Assembly: GCF_009914755.1 (NCBI RefSeq)
Contig: NC_060931.1
DNA: 64,000 bases
Strand: one strand, 5' to 3'
Origin: the human T2T-CHM13v2.0 reference genome, Homo sapiens
In this document: in pieces, positions 13,300-29,054 of the stretch
How positions within the stretch are numbered: the first letter of the stretch is position 1
Layout of the letters: every line of letters begins with the position of its first letter
Notes under the pieces: model-generated
The model's input: only the letters and a program-made list of their open reading frames with translations
Database searches by the model: none
What the model was told of the DNA's origin: nothing
Translations under genes and position numbers: made by a program

Positions 13300-15325
13300 T
13301 GAGAGCTGACGTTTCCATGGAAACCTGGAAGACAGAAGCCTAAATACCCTTAAGTGTATAGGTGAACTGAAAAAAATAATAATCATCGACCTACTCTCCC
13401 AGGAAGGCAACTGCTAAAGGATTTAAGCTGAGCTCTGGATATAAGGAGAGTGGGGAAAGTTGTCTTTAGAATCAAGGAGCAAAAACCACTATGGAAAACA
13501 AGACAGGTTTTTAAAAGAGAAATTCTATAAATGTAAAATGAAGTCATTAAAATTAAACAGTAAATTTGACACAACCAAAAGAGAATCACTTAACCAGATG
13601 GCAGATCAGGAAAAATTAGAAAGTTTGAACAAAGATAAAGTGATAGAAGATCATTGAAGACTTTCAACCAAGGTATAGAAGGTAACATGAAAATATCTCA
13701 CATAGACGTAATAGAAGAGCTAGGAGAAAATAGAAAGGGGACCGGAAATATTTGAAGAGGTAATAGAATCTTCCAAAATTGTTGCAAGGTAAAGTGGGCA
13801 TGTCATATTTTAAGGTAATTAACCATTTCAAGAATGTATAACTCCAAAATAAAACAAGAGCTATAAGGGAACAAGTAAACTACCATTCCAGTAGAAGGGG
13901 AAAGGGAGGAAAACCGGAAACATAGAAACAGAGTTAAAATAGAAAATACAAAACAGGATCGTAGAAATTAATCCAAATAACAGTATGAAACAGTTTACCT
14001 AAAACCAAACTCGTCTATCAGATAATACTAGACTCAGTTTTTTTAAAAAGTCAATTATGCTGTGGTGATTTACAGTAGACACACCAAGACACAGAAACAA
14101 AGGTTGAAAATAAAGGGCTGGAACAAAGACATTTAAGGAAAATTCCAACCGAAAGGTATAATAATGTCAGATACAATAAGTTTCTAAGGCAATGTTGTTA
14201 GGAATAAACGTGGTTACTTCCTAATCATAAAAGGTACAGGTTACCAGGAATATAATTTCAAATATGTATATTAGTTAACACTGCCTCAAAATATGGCAGA
14301 TATTTTAGAGAATTATAAGATAAATTGATAAAACCATTTGGGAGATTTCACTAAAAATTTCTTGGTAATTAATAAGCAGACAAATCAGAAACAATATAGA
14401 AGATCTGAAAAATAGAGTTGACCAGCTCTAATGGGTCCCTGTATCCAATAGTTAGAGATGGGCATTGTTTTTAGGCACATGTGAAATAACGGCCCCCCCG
14501 TTCTGGCCCAGCAGAAATTATATACTTGGCAACAAGTCTCATCACATTTTAAATAAACTGTCAAAAAGATAACATTCTCATGTTTCCGCAATTTAATTTT
14601 AAAATGAAATTAAATTTTTTTGAAGGTAAAATACATTTTGGAAATCTAAACTGTTTAACTCTTAGAACGAACAGTGGAAAAGAGAAAATATAACTGAATG
14701 ATAAGGAAAATATATACACATCAGATTGATGTGATGCAGCCAAGTGGCATGTAGAAGAAACTCTAGTATTAGTATAGGTTTTTCCTATACTTTCCATGTA
14801 GTATGAACATTTTATATAAGTATTTTAAATGCTTATTTAAAAAAGGAAATTACAAAGTTAACCAAAACAAGGATTTGTAGAGAAAAGGCATATGTAAGGA
14901 AAGAAGTAGTCTGGGCGTGGTGGCTCACGCCTGTAATCCCAGCACCTTGGGAGGCAGAGGTGGGCAGATCACCTGAGGTCAGGAGTTCGAGACCAGCCTG
15001 ACCAACATGGAGAAACCCCGTCTCTACTAAAAATAAGAAAATTAGCTGGGCGTGGTGATGCACGCCTGTAATCTCAGTTATTCAGGAGGCTGAGGCAGGA
15101 GAATCACTTGAACCCGGGAGGCGGAGGTTCAGTGAGCCAAGATTGCGCCACAGCTCTCCAGCCTGGGCAACAGAGTGAGACTCCATCTCAAAAAAAAAAA
15201 AAAAAAAAAAAAAGTAAAAAGGTACAGAAATGAAATAAAGATACAGTAATGAAAATTATTAAAACCCAAAATAGTTCTTTAAAAAACCGACAAGCCTCTG
15301 GCAAAATCAATGATAAAAAGAATGG
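13300..15325 (+). mobile_element. Sense old L1M ORF1/ORF2 remnant
   Basis: A-rich, L1 endonuclease-region-like phrases (aaaggttgaaaataaagggctgg, tgggagatttca); no intact ORF. Confidence 0.65.
14908..15213 (+). mobile_element. AluSp/Sq-like
   Basis: Alu consensus with long A tail. Confidence 0.9.
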
Positions 15326-16072
15326 CTTTGAGGCACCACACACTGCACCCATCTAAAACAGCAAACTTAATCCATAAATGCATGTGTCTGCTCCACCGAC
15401 TGGCCATTCCCCCATCTCTCTTTGGCCTTCCTACTCCCTGAGACACAACAATCTTGAGTTGAGGCCAGTTGATAACCCCCACAATGGCTTCAGAGTGTTC
15501 AAGTAAAATGAAGAGTTGCATTTCTCTCACTTTAGATCAAAAACTAGCAATGATTAAGCCAAATGAGGAAGGCATGTTGAAAGCTGAGATAGGCCAAAAG
15601 CTAGGCCTCTTGTGCTAAACAGTTAGCCAAGTTGTGAATGCTAAGGAAAAGTTCTTGGAGGAAATTAAAAGCGCTGCTCCAGTGAATGCACAAATGATAA
15701 GAAAGCGAAACAGCCATATTGCTGGTAAGGAGAAAGTTGGAGTGGTCTGGATAGAAGATCAAACCAGTCACAGCATTCCCTTAAGCCAGTGCCTAATCCA
15801 GAGCAAGGCCCTAACTCTCTGCAATTCTGTAAAGGCTGGGAGAAGTGAGGAAGCTACAGAAGAAAAGCTAGAAGCTAGCAGAGGTTGGTTCATGCGATTA
15901 AAGAAAAGAAGCCATCTTTTATAACAGTAGTGCAAGGTGAAGCAGCAAGTGCTGATGGAGAATAGCAAGTTAGCCAGAAAATCTAGGATCATTGATGAAG
16001 GTGGCTGCGTAAGCAACAGATACTCAATTTAGTCAAAACATCCTTCTACTGGAAGGAGATGCCACCTAGGAC

Positions 16073-16437
16073 TTTTTTTTTTTTTTTTAAATTATACTTT
16101 AAGTTCTAGGGTACATATGCACAATGTGCAGGTTTGTTACATAGGTATACATGTGTCATGTTGGTTTGCTGCACCCATTAACTCGTCATTTACATTAGGT
16201 ATTTCTCCTGATGCTGTCCCTTCCCTAGCCCCCCGCCCCACGACAGGCCCTGGTGTGTGATGTTCCCCTTCCTGTGTCCAAGTGTCTTCATTGTTCAATT
16301 CCCACCTATGAGTGAGAACATGCAGTGTTTGGTTTTCTGTCCTTGTGATAGTTTGCTCAGAATGATGGTTTCCAGCTTCATCCATGTCCGTGGTAAAGAA
16401 CATGAACTCATCCTTTTTTATGGCTGCATAGTATTCC
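16073..16437 (-). mobile_element. 5'-truncated L1PA 3' end (about 365 bp) inserted in Tigger1
   Basis: poly-T followed by attatactttaagttctagggtacat...; TSD ATGCCACCTAGGA at 16059 and 16438. Confidence 0.93.
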
Positions 16438-16601
16438 ATGCCACCTAGGATTTTCATAGCTAGAGAGAAGTTAATGCTTGTGTCAAAGCTTCAAAGGACA
16501 GGCTGACTCTCTTGGAGGTGAATGTAGCTGGTGACTTTGTTGAAACGAGTGATCACTTACCATTCTGAAAATCCTAAGGCCCTTAAGAATTATGCTAAGT
16601 C

Positions 16602-16786
16602 AAGCCAATGTGGTGACCCGTGCCTGTATTTTCAGCTTCACAGGAGGCTAAGGTGGGAGGATCACTTCAGACCAAGAGTTTGAGGCAGTAGCCTGCTATG
16701 ATCATGTCTGTGAATAGCCACTGCTCTCCAGCCTGGGCAACATAGTGAGATCCTGTCTCTTTAAAAAAAAAAAAAACAAAACAAAA
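16602..16786 (+). mobile_element. Alu monomer (FAM/FRAM-like) within Tigger1
   Basis: Monomer consensus with A tail. Confidence 0.8.
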
Positions 16787-16937
16787 CTGTCTATGCCCTA
16801 GAAATGGATATTAAAACCATAATAAACCACAGTATGAATGCAAGGCCAAGGTTGTGGTCGATGAAAACTCATGCACTACAGGGTGCTGGATAGCCACTTT
16901 GTAGCCCTAAGTTGGCAACTCTTAATAAAGTTAAACC

Positions 16938-17331
16938 CACCACTTTGGGAGGCCAAACAGGAGGATTGCTTGAGCCCAAGAATTTTGGACCAGCCAGGGC
17001 AACATAGCAAGACCCCATCTCTACAAAAAATTGTTTAAAAGGGCCTGGCAAGGTGGCTCACATCTGTAATCCTAGCAACTTTGGGAGGTCGAGGCAGGTG
17101 GATTGCCTGAGGTCAGGAGTTCAAGACCAACCTGACCAATATGGTGAAACCCTGTCTCTACTAAAAATACAAAAATTAGCCAGGAATGGTGGCAGGCGCC
17201 CGTAATCACATCTACTCAGGAGAATCGCTTGATCCCGGGAGGCAGAGGTTGCAGTGAGCCGAGATTACATCACTGCACTACAGCCTGGGAGACAGAGTGA
17301 GACTCTGTCTCAAAAAAAAAAAAAAAACAAA
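16938..17331 (+). mobile_element. Partial FLAM followed by AluS
   Basis: Alu consensus. Confidence 0.85.
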
Positions 17332-17609
17332 CCTCTCTTTTCACTTTGTCACTTAGTATTTCTGTGCTCCAAGAAACTTGTACTCAAGGAGACCTGCTAG
17401 TTTTATTCTTTGCAGCTTTGTAAATACACAAAAAATAGGTATCTGCCAAAAGGACTATTAGCAAGGTCCACCACCAAGAGAGTTGATGAAGTATTGTAAA
17501 TGTGCGTTACACAGTATATTACAGCTGCGGCTATGTCAGATACCATCAAAAACAAATGGCAGAGCAAATGTACATATTACAGTTTGTATAATTTAAAAAT
17601 GTAGAACAT

Positions 17610-17902
<293 letters not shown>

Positions 17903-18378
17903 AAAATGTAGAACATGTGAAATATATTTGATACACATTTATCCAGCAAAATATAAAAACATAGGAATGATATATACCAAATCATGGTGCTATTTGCTAG
18001 GGTAAGAGGAAGGAGTGGGATGAAAGAGGGAGAATATAGTGCTTCACTTATAACCTGTAATATTTTATTTTCTCAAAAGTTGAGGGAGGCTGTAGGTGGA
18101 ATATGAGACAAGTGTGGGAATGCAGTAAGATCTATCAAAACTGGGTCATGAGTATACAGTAGTTGTTTATTGTAATCTGTGATTCTCTATACAATTGAAA
18201 TAGTTAATAATTTTTCATTGTTTTAAAGTATAGTTCTTTGATTATTACCTAGATTGGTTATTTTATTAGGTTTGGGGGCATTAGTATATATTTATTTTAC
18301 CTTTTAGATTTTCTGTGGTATATTTTGTTCATGTTTCCATAGAGATTCATTTTTTTTAATTGCTTTAAATTACCTTAA

Positions 18379-18729
<351 letters not shown>

Positions 18730-19708
18730 TGAATTCATTTTTTTGTGTGATCTTACTTAGAAAGGGCCGCTCCAGCCTGAGAACAGATAAGCGTTCACAT
18801 ATATATTCTTGGTTTTACTGTTTTAGCTTGTATATTTTAAATCTTAATCCATTTGTAATATATTTTGGAATATAACATGGAATATTTAGAAATATCTTGC
18901 CCTCATGCCATTTATTAGATAATCTATCTTTTACCCGTTGTCTTGAAGTATCTTTATATAGTAAATTCTTAATTATACCAGAATATTGTTTTGTTCTGTT
19001 TTGTTGATCTTTCTGAGTATAAGTATCTTTCCGTTCATTTTATTCAATTAATAATACATGCAGATAAGCTCATCATATTTAAAGGATACAACAGAACACG
19101 GTGGTTTTCTGCCCTGCCTGGCCCCATCTTCTCATTCTCTGCGCTCCCCCTGCAGATGCAGCTGTTTTGCAATCAGCTGTCTGTGCTGTGGTTTATACAT
19201 CTCTCTATTTCTCAGGAGTGTGTGGACACTGCTGCCGTTCACTGATAAGTTTTAGATATGGCTATGACTATTGTAATATAAGGACTTGGCTCTCTGAGTC
19301 ATTTTAAAATAAAGTTTGTGTTATTTCAATATTTAGAATCTGTGCCTCTGAAAAAGTTACAGCTGAGCATCATAATAGACAGTGCTTATTGTTAGCTTTT
19401 TGTTTTTCCTGGAGTCAGTAATTGCATTTTTCTTTTGGGACAGTTTTCCACAAGGTCAGTCACATCAGATAATCTAAAAGGTCCAGATTTTTTTATAGGC
19501 AACCTCCCTCCTGGAATGTTCCCTTCTCCACCTTGGCGGTGTTGCTCTCAAGGCCTACCAACAACCTTGTGAATGGGGCTTGTTGACTTTTAGCTTTATG
19601 GATAGTGTGAATGGGATCTTTGTTCCATTCTAGTTTTTAACAGGTTTTGGTTGATATATTGGGAATGCATTGGTAATGAAATATAAGAAAATATGTTTAT
19701 GTTAATGA

Positions 19709-19972
<264 letters not shown>

Positions 19973-20120
19973 TAAAAAAAGTGAAATAATGGTTCTAACT
20001 TGTTAAATCTTTCACTGTCATCTGTTACTGTTTTAGACACTAACGTAGGTGACAGTGTTTTGCTATTGCATAGTCTTTTACCTACTGTGAATATGAAATC
20101 ACCATAAACTATATTCTAGG

Positions 20121-20253
20121 GTTTTGTTTTTTCGAGATGGAGATCTCACTATGTTGCCCAGGCTGGATTTTTGATCTCCTGGGCTCAAGTGATCCTTCCA
20201 CTTCGGCCTCCTGAGTAGCTGAGACTCTGCAAATGCTCACCACCGTGCCCAGC
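20121..20253 (-). mobile_element. FLAM-like Alu monomer
   Basis: Monomer consensus. Confidence 0.8.
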
Positions 20254-20518
20254 TCTTTCTGTTTTTTAAAATTAGAAAGCTTTGATAACCTTTTAGCATA
20301 ATAGTGCTTTCGTTAAATTACCAACCATTTTGGATTTGGTTGTTAGAAATGATGAACTTTTTCATTTAAAGCAAATATGTATTCAAATTATCTGCATTTT
20401 ACTGTGAACCCAATGTGGTGTTCCCTATCAAGGTGTAGAAATAATTGTAAGGTTATTCAGTCTTGGAAACCATGTTTTTCAAATGTGATCTTGCTCTTTA
20501 CACATGGTTATGAAGTAC

Positions 20519-20832
20519 TTTTTTTCTTTTCCTTTTTTTTTTTTAAGACAGGGTCTTGTTCTGTCACCCAGGCTGGAGTGCAGTAGTGCAATCATAGGTC
20601 ATTGCAGCCTCCAACTCCTGGGATCAAACAATCCTCCCGCCTTAGCCTTCTGAGTAGCTAGGACTACTGGCATGTACCACCATACCCAGCTCCCAGCTAA
20701 TTTTTAAATCTTTTGTAGAATCAGGGTCTCTTTATGTTGCCCAGGCTGGTCTCCAACTCCTGGGCTCAAGCAGTCCTCCACCTCCACCTCCCGAAGTGTT
20801 GGGATTACAGGTGTGAGCCACAGTGCCTGGCC
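20519..20832 (-). mobile_element. AluJ-like
   Basis: Antisense Alu consensus. Confidence 0.9.
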
Positions 20833-22095
20833 ATGACGTGTATTTCAAAACTGCTGTGAAATTGTGCTCGTGACTACGATGAGTTTCACTGTGAATATCC
20901 ATTTCCTTCTAGCGTAGGTCCCTCCCACTCCAAGCCTTTGGTTGGGCAGTGTGGTGGAGTCTTTTCCCCTTCATCTCCCGCCTTTTCTTCCTTGGTCTTC
21001 ATCCTTTGTAGCAAAGGCAGTGTGACTCCTTGTATCTAGCCACAAGATGAGCAAGTGGGTCCTTCATCTGGTTCTACACTGTCAAAGAGTGAAGACGTCT
21101 ATACTGTGAACCCAGGGAAATTTGCAGGAACTCTTCTGTGTATATATTTTAAATATTTTTTATTTACACAATGTGCAAAAATTCTGCATGCTGCAAAATT
21201 GTTTTACCTAATTTATTTTTGCAAGCTAATTGAAAACTTTAAAACATCTTGCTAACAGACTGTATGTAGTTGGCTGGCCATAAGTTGTGACTAGTGTATT
21301 ATTTTCATCTTCCCCAAATGGTGTTTCTAAGGTCTTGCTGAAGCCACTGTTCTTTTTATTCACAACACATCATAAAGTGAATGTTGTAATTAATTAATTA
21401 TTCTTTAGTACTAAAGTAAGAAACAGTATATTGTGCTAAGTAAAAAGGTTGATGACCATGCCATCAGTGATATTTTTGCATTTTAAAAAGGTCAAGTACC
21501 ATCATCCAAAATAGCTTAGCTTTACATTTTAAAGTTCATTTCATATTATTTAAATTTAAATGAACAAAAAATTATTTGTCTCAAGAGATGATACGGTTTT
21601 TACATGGCTTGTTTGGTCACTCGTGTACCTTATACATGTGGAGCTTCCAGTCTGTTGTAGCCATTTAGTTTTCATTGAAGACACTGAGGCTCAGAGAAGC
21701 CAGTGGGCTCGCCCCAGCCCTTCCTGCAGCCCTCCTGCCCCCACCTTCCTCTTTCGTGCTTCTCTGCTGCACACACCTAAATGGCAGTGCTGCCATACAG
21801 TACCATTAACGTTTTTAAAGGGTAAGGTTTACTTTGTAGATGCCATTAATCCCTAAGAAAAAAAATTCCGGTTAGTCTCCTTCAAATAAAAATTTGTGAC
21901 TCAAGTTGTGGAAATCTGGATAAAAATAATTTTCGTAAATGCACATTTTCTTGAAATATTGTTATACTATTGTACTTACCTTATTTTTACAGATCACCAC
22001 AAAAAAGTGTTTTTATGGTTTTTAAGTAAATTTAAAGAAGGAAGAAGATGCATGTAAAAATTGAATAGTATTAGTCTCATTGTCTGAATTGCTAA

Positions 22096-22416
<321 letters not shown>

Positions 22417-22762
22417 AATTTTTTTTTAAACAAATATCAAAAATACAGATGATTTTGTGGTATATTTCTTAATAAAAAGGAATTACCCGCATATCAAATG
22501 TTCAGGGTACTTTTTTTGAGTGTGTTTGCATATTTAATACCATGAAAAATGTTCCAGTTTAATTTGAGATGAAAGAATTATTTTACTATATTCTTGTGAG
22601 TTTATATATATTAGCATGTTTTTGTATACAGAATAATTTAAAGAAGCCATCTAAAATCACATGTGTCAATGTATTTTAATACAGTAGATGTTATTCACCG
22701 TTATTTTTAATTTATAATGTGACAAATTAGTCATCTTAAAGCTTTAGTTAACTTGTTTTTAG

Positions 22763-22945
<183 letters not shown>

Positions 22946-23184
22946 TAAAACGTTTTAAATTTGTTTTTGTTTTTGTTTTTTTTAATGGCAAATTGTCTTT
23001 CAGCAAGAGAATCTAGGCAAATATTAAGCTTTTTTCAGAATAGTAAACTAATTTTCATTGTTTTATCAATAAATGTCACTTAAATATTTTTTAGCAAGAA
23101 AGTAGAAGAATGGGTAAATTGGAGTTCTAAAATACAATTTGCCCATTTCTGCATTTGCTTTTTAAAAATTTCTTCTTTAATTAC

Positions 23185-23270
23185 CTGACCCTACCATCAC
23201 AGTTTGCCTGGAACTGCCTGAGTTTTCGCACTGAAAGTCCTGAGTCCTGGTAGTCCCAGGCAAATCAGGT
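23185..23270. mobile_element. MER96-like hAT MITE fragment
   Basis: Internal inverted repeat gtttgcctggaact / agtcccaggcaaat around gcactgaaagtcc. Confidence 0.55.
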
Positions 23271-23422
23271 GCCATACCTGAGGGCGAGCCCTGAGGATTA
23301 GCCCTCCCATGCTTTAGAGTCTGGGAAACGCTGCTTCATGGAGAGGACCCTGAATTAATTAATTACTAAATCACCCTCAGTAATATACGTTTCTTCAGTC
23401 AATGAAAGGGGTTTTTTTGGTC

Positions 23423-23962
23423 CATTGGTTTTCAAAGTATGGTCCTGTATTAGTCCGTTTTCATACTGCTGATAAAGACCTACCTGAGACTGGGTAATTT
23501 ATAAAGCAAAGGAAGTGTAATGGGCTCAACAGTTCCACGTGGCTGGGAAGGCCTCACAACCATGGCAGAAGGCACATCTTAGATGGCGGCAGGCAAGACA
23601 GAATGAGAGCCAAGCAAAAGCGGAAACCCCTTATAAAACCATCAGATCTCGTGAGACTATTCACTACTATGAGAACAGTATGGGGGAACCACCCCCATGA
23701 TTCAGTTGTCTCCCACTGGGTGCCTCCCGCAACATGTGGGAATTACGGGAGCTATAGTTCAAGATGAGATTTGGGTGGGGACATAGCCAAACCATATCAG
23801 GTCCCCAAACCTGCTCTGTCAGCATCACCTGGGGACTTGTTAGAAATGCACATTCTCAGGCCTCATCCTAGACTTAAAGAGAAACTCTGGAGATGGGGCC
23901 CAGCAATGTTTTACCAAGCTCTCCAGACAATTCTGATGCATGCTCCAGTTTGAGAACCAGTG
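23423..23962 (+). mobile_element. MER5A (hAT-Charlie) split by the THE1 LTR
   Basis: cattggttttcaaagtatggtcc | ccaaacc...cagcatcacctgg...tttgagaaccagtg; TIR-like ends. Confidence 0.82.
23446..23799 (-). mobile_element. THE1(B)-like MaLR solo LTR nested in MER5A
   Basis: tgtattagtcc...gccaaaccatatca; 5-bp TSD GGTCC. Confidence 0.9.
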
Positions 23963-24156
23963 TTCTAGAGCAGTTAAGGGAGGACTCAGAACAGTCTGTT
24001 CATAGGCTGTCAGATCCACACAGACAATGCCCTTTAAAACTAGTTTTGTTAAAATGTCAGATTCTACATAAAGGAGTTAATCACCATATCCAAGAATGTT
24101 GCTATAATAGCAGTACTTTGTAGCTTCACTTTTGACAAATTTAAAAGAAAAACAAT

Positions 24157-24411
24157 GCTGGTTGCAGTGGCTCATGCTTGTAATCCTAGCACTTTGGGAG
24201 ACCGAGGCAGGAGACCAGCCTGGGCAGCATAATGAGACCTACAAAAAAAATATCCAGGCATGGTGACGCACCTATAGTCCCAGCCACACATGAGGCTGAG
24301 GTGGAAGCATCACTTGAGCCCAGGAGGTGGAGGGTTCAGTGAGCCATGGTGGTACCACTGGACTCTACCTTGAGTGACAGAGTGAGATCATGTCTCAAGA
24401 AAAAAAGAAAA
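24157..24411 (+). mobile_element. AluJ-like (internally deleted)
   Basis: Alu consensus. Confidence 0.85.
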
Positions 24412-25083
24412 GCATAATGTATCCCAGATGCATGACTAGTTTTTATTGTCTGTATAGCTCCAGTTTCTATACCAAAATTGTTATTGCTTCATAATGATAC
24501 TTTGCTATGTAGTTAATCCAGTTCTAACAAAACTTTCTAGGTTTAGTTGTTTGATTTGGGGTTTTTGTGCTTCCCCTTTAACATTTTATTTATTTTTTTA
24601 ACTGACAAAAATGTGTACACCATGCCTTTTTGAAATATGTGTATATTGTGGAATGGCTAATGGGATTTTTTCTTTTTCACATATAAATGCTTTCTTGAGA
24701 CTCAAAAGTTGTTAGTGTAGGAATCAGGATGGTCTTGGTTCATTTCCTTTTGGAAACCTGCTTGACCTAAATGTGTACCTTACAGTAACATCACAGACTC
24801 CTAAAAATCATTACGGTTTTTAAACTTTTCCTATACTGTTTTCAACAACAGTTAAAGAAAATGTAAATAAAGAAGTTGAGCTGACAAATGTCTGTGCTTG
24901 GATACCTCTTGAAGTTGTTGACTCTAGAGAGTGGCTTTCTGCTTTTGTCCTGATAGCAGATTTTGACCAACTTGTAATCTAGAAATTTTGATAAAGTAAT
25001 TTGAGATTTAGGTTATTTCCTATGACTTCAATCTTGGAAAAACATGGTAAAAGTATAGACATTTTGTACTTTTTTTTCTCCAG

Positions 25084-25134
25084 CTTGCATTGGTGACTTG
25101 GAGAGACTGTCTGTTCAGGCCACTGAATAAACAG
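25084..25134 (+). CDS. CUL1: CUL1 exon 5 (51 nt; LALVTWRDCLFRPLNKQ)
   Basis: ttctccag|CTT ... CAG|gtacct. Confidence 0.97.
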
Positions 25135-25303
25135 GTACCTACTGGTGTGAGCGTGTGCATGTTCCTTTTAAAATCCCTTCGCAGTTTCGTTGCTTAGCTT
25201 TTGTCTCGTCACTCCTTCGGATTATCCCATCTTACATTGTTTAGTGGCTGTGAATGTTTAAGGGATATGTAGTAATATATATCATATTCTATAACCTGTG
25301 TAA

Positions 25304-25423
<120 letters not shown>

Positions 25424-26084
25424 TAATTTCCCTTTAGTTTATTCAAAGTTTTCACATCAAATGGCAATTACAACAATGCTCTAACAGATGTCATTTTTAA
25501 AATATTTTAATATTATAAAGGATATTGTTAGCATTTACGAAGGTACTTACATTTCTTTTTAAGTCAGTGTGACTTTATTTGTTTTTATCCATCATAAAAG
25601 CTGTTTGATCCGTGTGCCTTAAGGAAATTTTGATGAAATAGACATTTTGATTATTTTCTTTTCTGGTCTCATAGTGAATTACTGGATATGTTAGAGTGTG
25701 AGCTCAATGATAACCAGAAATCTATATCAGCTTGAAAAATTGAGATTGAGAAACTGATAAAGTAATACAATGTCTTAAAAACTTGGGTAGCATTGTATTT
25801 CTTTGCAAATTTAAAATTAGTTATTTTTATTGCTTTTGGAAATACAAAAGTTCTCTAAAGGAACTTCATAATTTTGAAGCATACCTGGCCATGGGTCAGA
25901 ATTACTTGCTTTTTATACGTCTTGGATTTTTTTCCTTTTTTATTTTATTGAAAGAGTGTACTTTAATACTAGTGAGTAAGAGTTACTTATGTCCTGCCAT
26001 TTCACATTTACCTTTTAAACATAACTTAAACTGAATGCTACACCTAAGTATATTCTGTGAAATATAACCAAAAAAATAGGGTAA

Positions 26085-26297
<213 letters not shown>

Positions 26298-26737
26298 TAA
26301 GTAGACTTAAGTTAAAGTCATTGCTACTCAAGTGAGTTCTTTTTAGCATATACAGCTTTCTTTACAAGTCATTTGTTGGGCATTGTTTTTCTAGAGTGTT
26401 TTTATCAGGTGCAAGTGCTTCTCCTAATTCTCCAAGGAGCTTCTATAAATTAATTTGGTAATCGTGACTGAGAGTTCTCCTTGCTGTTCTAAGGATATAA
26501 CCACAATAGCTACATGAATTTTTTTTAACTGTTTATTGTAGAATGTGGATTTATATAAAATGGGCATCACAGTCATGTCAATGAGAAAATTTTAAGAAAC
26601 AAATATTTTCAGATTTGCAAACTTTAATTTTTTGCTTCTAAAATATCCCTAAGAATCTATTACATAGCTTTCATGATTATATTAGAGGAAAAGTTCTTCT
26701 GAAACTAGGCTTTAAATTCTAATATGAGAGGACGGCT

Positions 26738-26945
26738 GTCCTCCCGCTTCAGCCTCCAGAAGTAATGGGATTAGAGGCGTGAGCCACCACACTCAGCTAA
26801 TTGTTTTATTTTTGTAGAGATAGGGTCTCGCTATTTTTGTAGAGATAGGTTGCCCAGGTTGGTCTCAAACTCTTGGGCTTAAGTGATCCTGCCACCTGGG
26901 CCTCCGAAAGTGCTGGGATTACAGATGTGAGTAACCATGGCCCGC
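26738..26945 (-). mobile_element. Partial AluJ
   Basis: Antisense Alu consensus. Confidence 0.82.
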
Positions 26946-26989
26946 TGATAATAAAGATCTAGTAGAATTACTCTTTGTTCTCTTTCTTA

Positions 26990-27326
<337 letters not shown>

Positions 27327-27351
27327 TTAGACTCTAAGGAATGACCTAGGT

Positions 27352-27574
27352 CTGGAGTCAGCAAACTTATCTTGTAAAGGGCTAGAAAGGAAATACTTTA
27401 GGCTTTGTGAGCTATGTGATCTCTTTTGCAGCTGTTCAACTCTGCCATTGCAGCACAAAGCAGCCAGTGGGATATGTACACAACTGAGTGTGGCCGGGTT
27501 CCAATAAAACTTTATTTACAGAAAAAGGCAGGCAGGCAGAATTTGGCCTACAGGCTACAGTTTGCTGACCCTTG
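27352..27574 (+). mobile_element. MER58A-like (hAT-Charlie)
   Basis: ctggagtcagcaaac...gtttgctgacccttg; 8-bp TSD acctaggt/acctagct. Confidence 0.85.
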
Positions 27575-27591
27575 ACCTAGCTGTACTAGGA

Positions 27592-27887
27592 CAATGGTCC
27601 CCAACCCTTTTGGCATCACAGACGGTGGCTGGGGGAAGAAGGGGGATGGTTTTGGGACGAAACTGTTCCACCTCAGATCAAAGGAGCGTGCAACATAGAT
27701 CCCTCACGTGTGTAGTTCACAGTAGGGTTCGAGCTCCTATGAGAATCTAATGCCGTCCCTGATCTGACAGGAGGCGGAGCTCAGGTAGTAATGCTCACTC
27801 ATATGCTGGTCACCTCCTGTTGTGCGGCCCAGTTCCTAACAGGCCACAGACCCATACTGGCCCACAGCCAGCGATTGAGGATCCTTG
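27592..27887 (+). mobile_element. MER1B-like (hAT-Charlie)
   Basis: caatggtccccaacc...gattgaggatccttg; perfect 8-bp TSD TACTAGGA. Confidence 0.88.
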
Positions 27888-28586
27888 TACTAGGAGATCT
27901 CCAGGAGTCTGGATCTTTCCAAGCCTGACACCTGCTTGCCCTGTATTCCCTGTTCACTTGGAGTATGAATGGACTGCGGAATCTCTTTTCCGTATGCTGA
28001 GATAGAAAGTCAATTAAAAGCAACAGCTCTGCTCTAACCTCATAGAGAAAGTCCTATCCGGTTTGTTTGTGGTGACCTGAATGCATTTTCCTATAGGAGA
28101 TAGTGGTTATAAATGGGCTTAGAAGTTTGAAGTTGAAAGTCCTTGACAAATCTCTGCTATCTCAAAATCTAACAAAAATGGAACTATTCGGGGTATTATA
28201 CTTGGAATATTAATGGTTCCTTGTGTATAATGGTGGGCTAAATTGACTTTCCTATGCCAATCTGGAACCTAACCAGCTCACCCAGAGTTTCAAACAACTG
28301 CCTAACAAATGAACTTTTGAAACAGTCTGTTTTAAACGTTAACATTGCCTGTTATTTCATTGTTTAATATGACAGTGTTGTATTCCTAAACACTTCTCTT
28401 ATGAAACTCTGCTGTATATGGTGATTCTTTTAAAACTATATATCCCAAAGACCTCTTATCCAGATGCACATCCACGACAGTGGCGCGAGCCTGTTCTTTT
28501 TATGGGTTTATTAGAGGATTGTGGTCATCTCCTTTGTCCACACTGATGAAGTAGTAGTGCTCTAGGGCAAGGAAACCAGTGTTCTA

Positions 28587-29054
<468 letters not shown>

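Larger units (their letters stand above)
15330..16810 (+). mobile_element. Tigger1 fragment (pogo/CENP-B-like transposase remnant), interrupted by an L1PA and an Alu monomer
   Basis: ATG at 15484 (MASECSSK...[18 protein letters not shown]...[11 protein letters not shown]) matches the Tigger1/TIGD1 N-terminal HTH region. Stops at about 15616 and 15922. Confidence 0.92.

Noticed and set aside
15634-15924. TIGD1-like 96-aa ORF as a domesticated gene
   Set aside because: Bounded by stop codons, non-ATG start, and the downstream transposase is interrupted by an L1 and an Alu.
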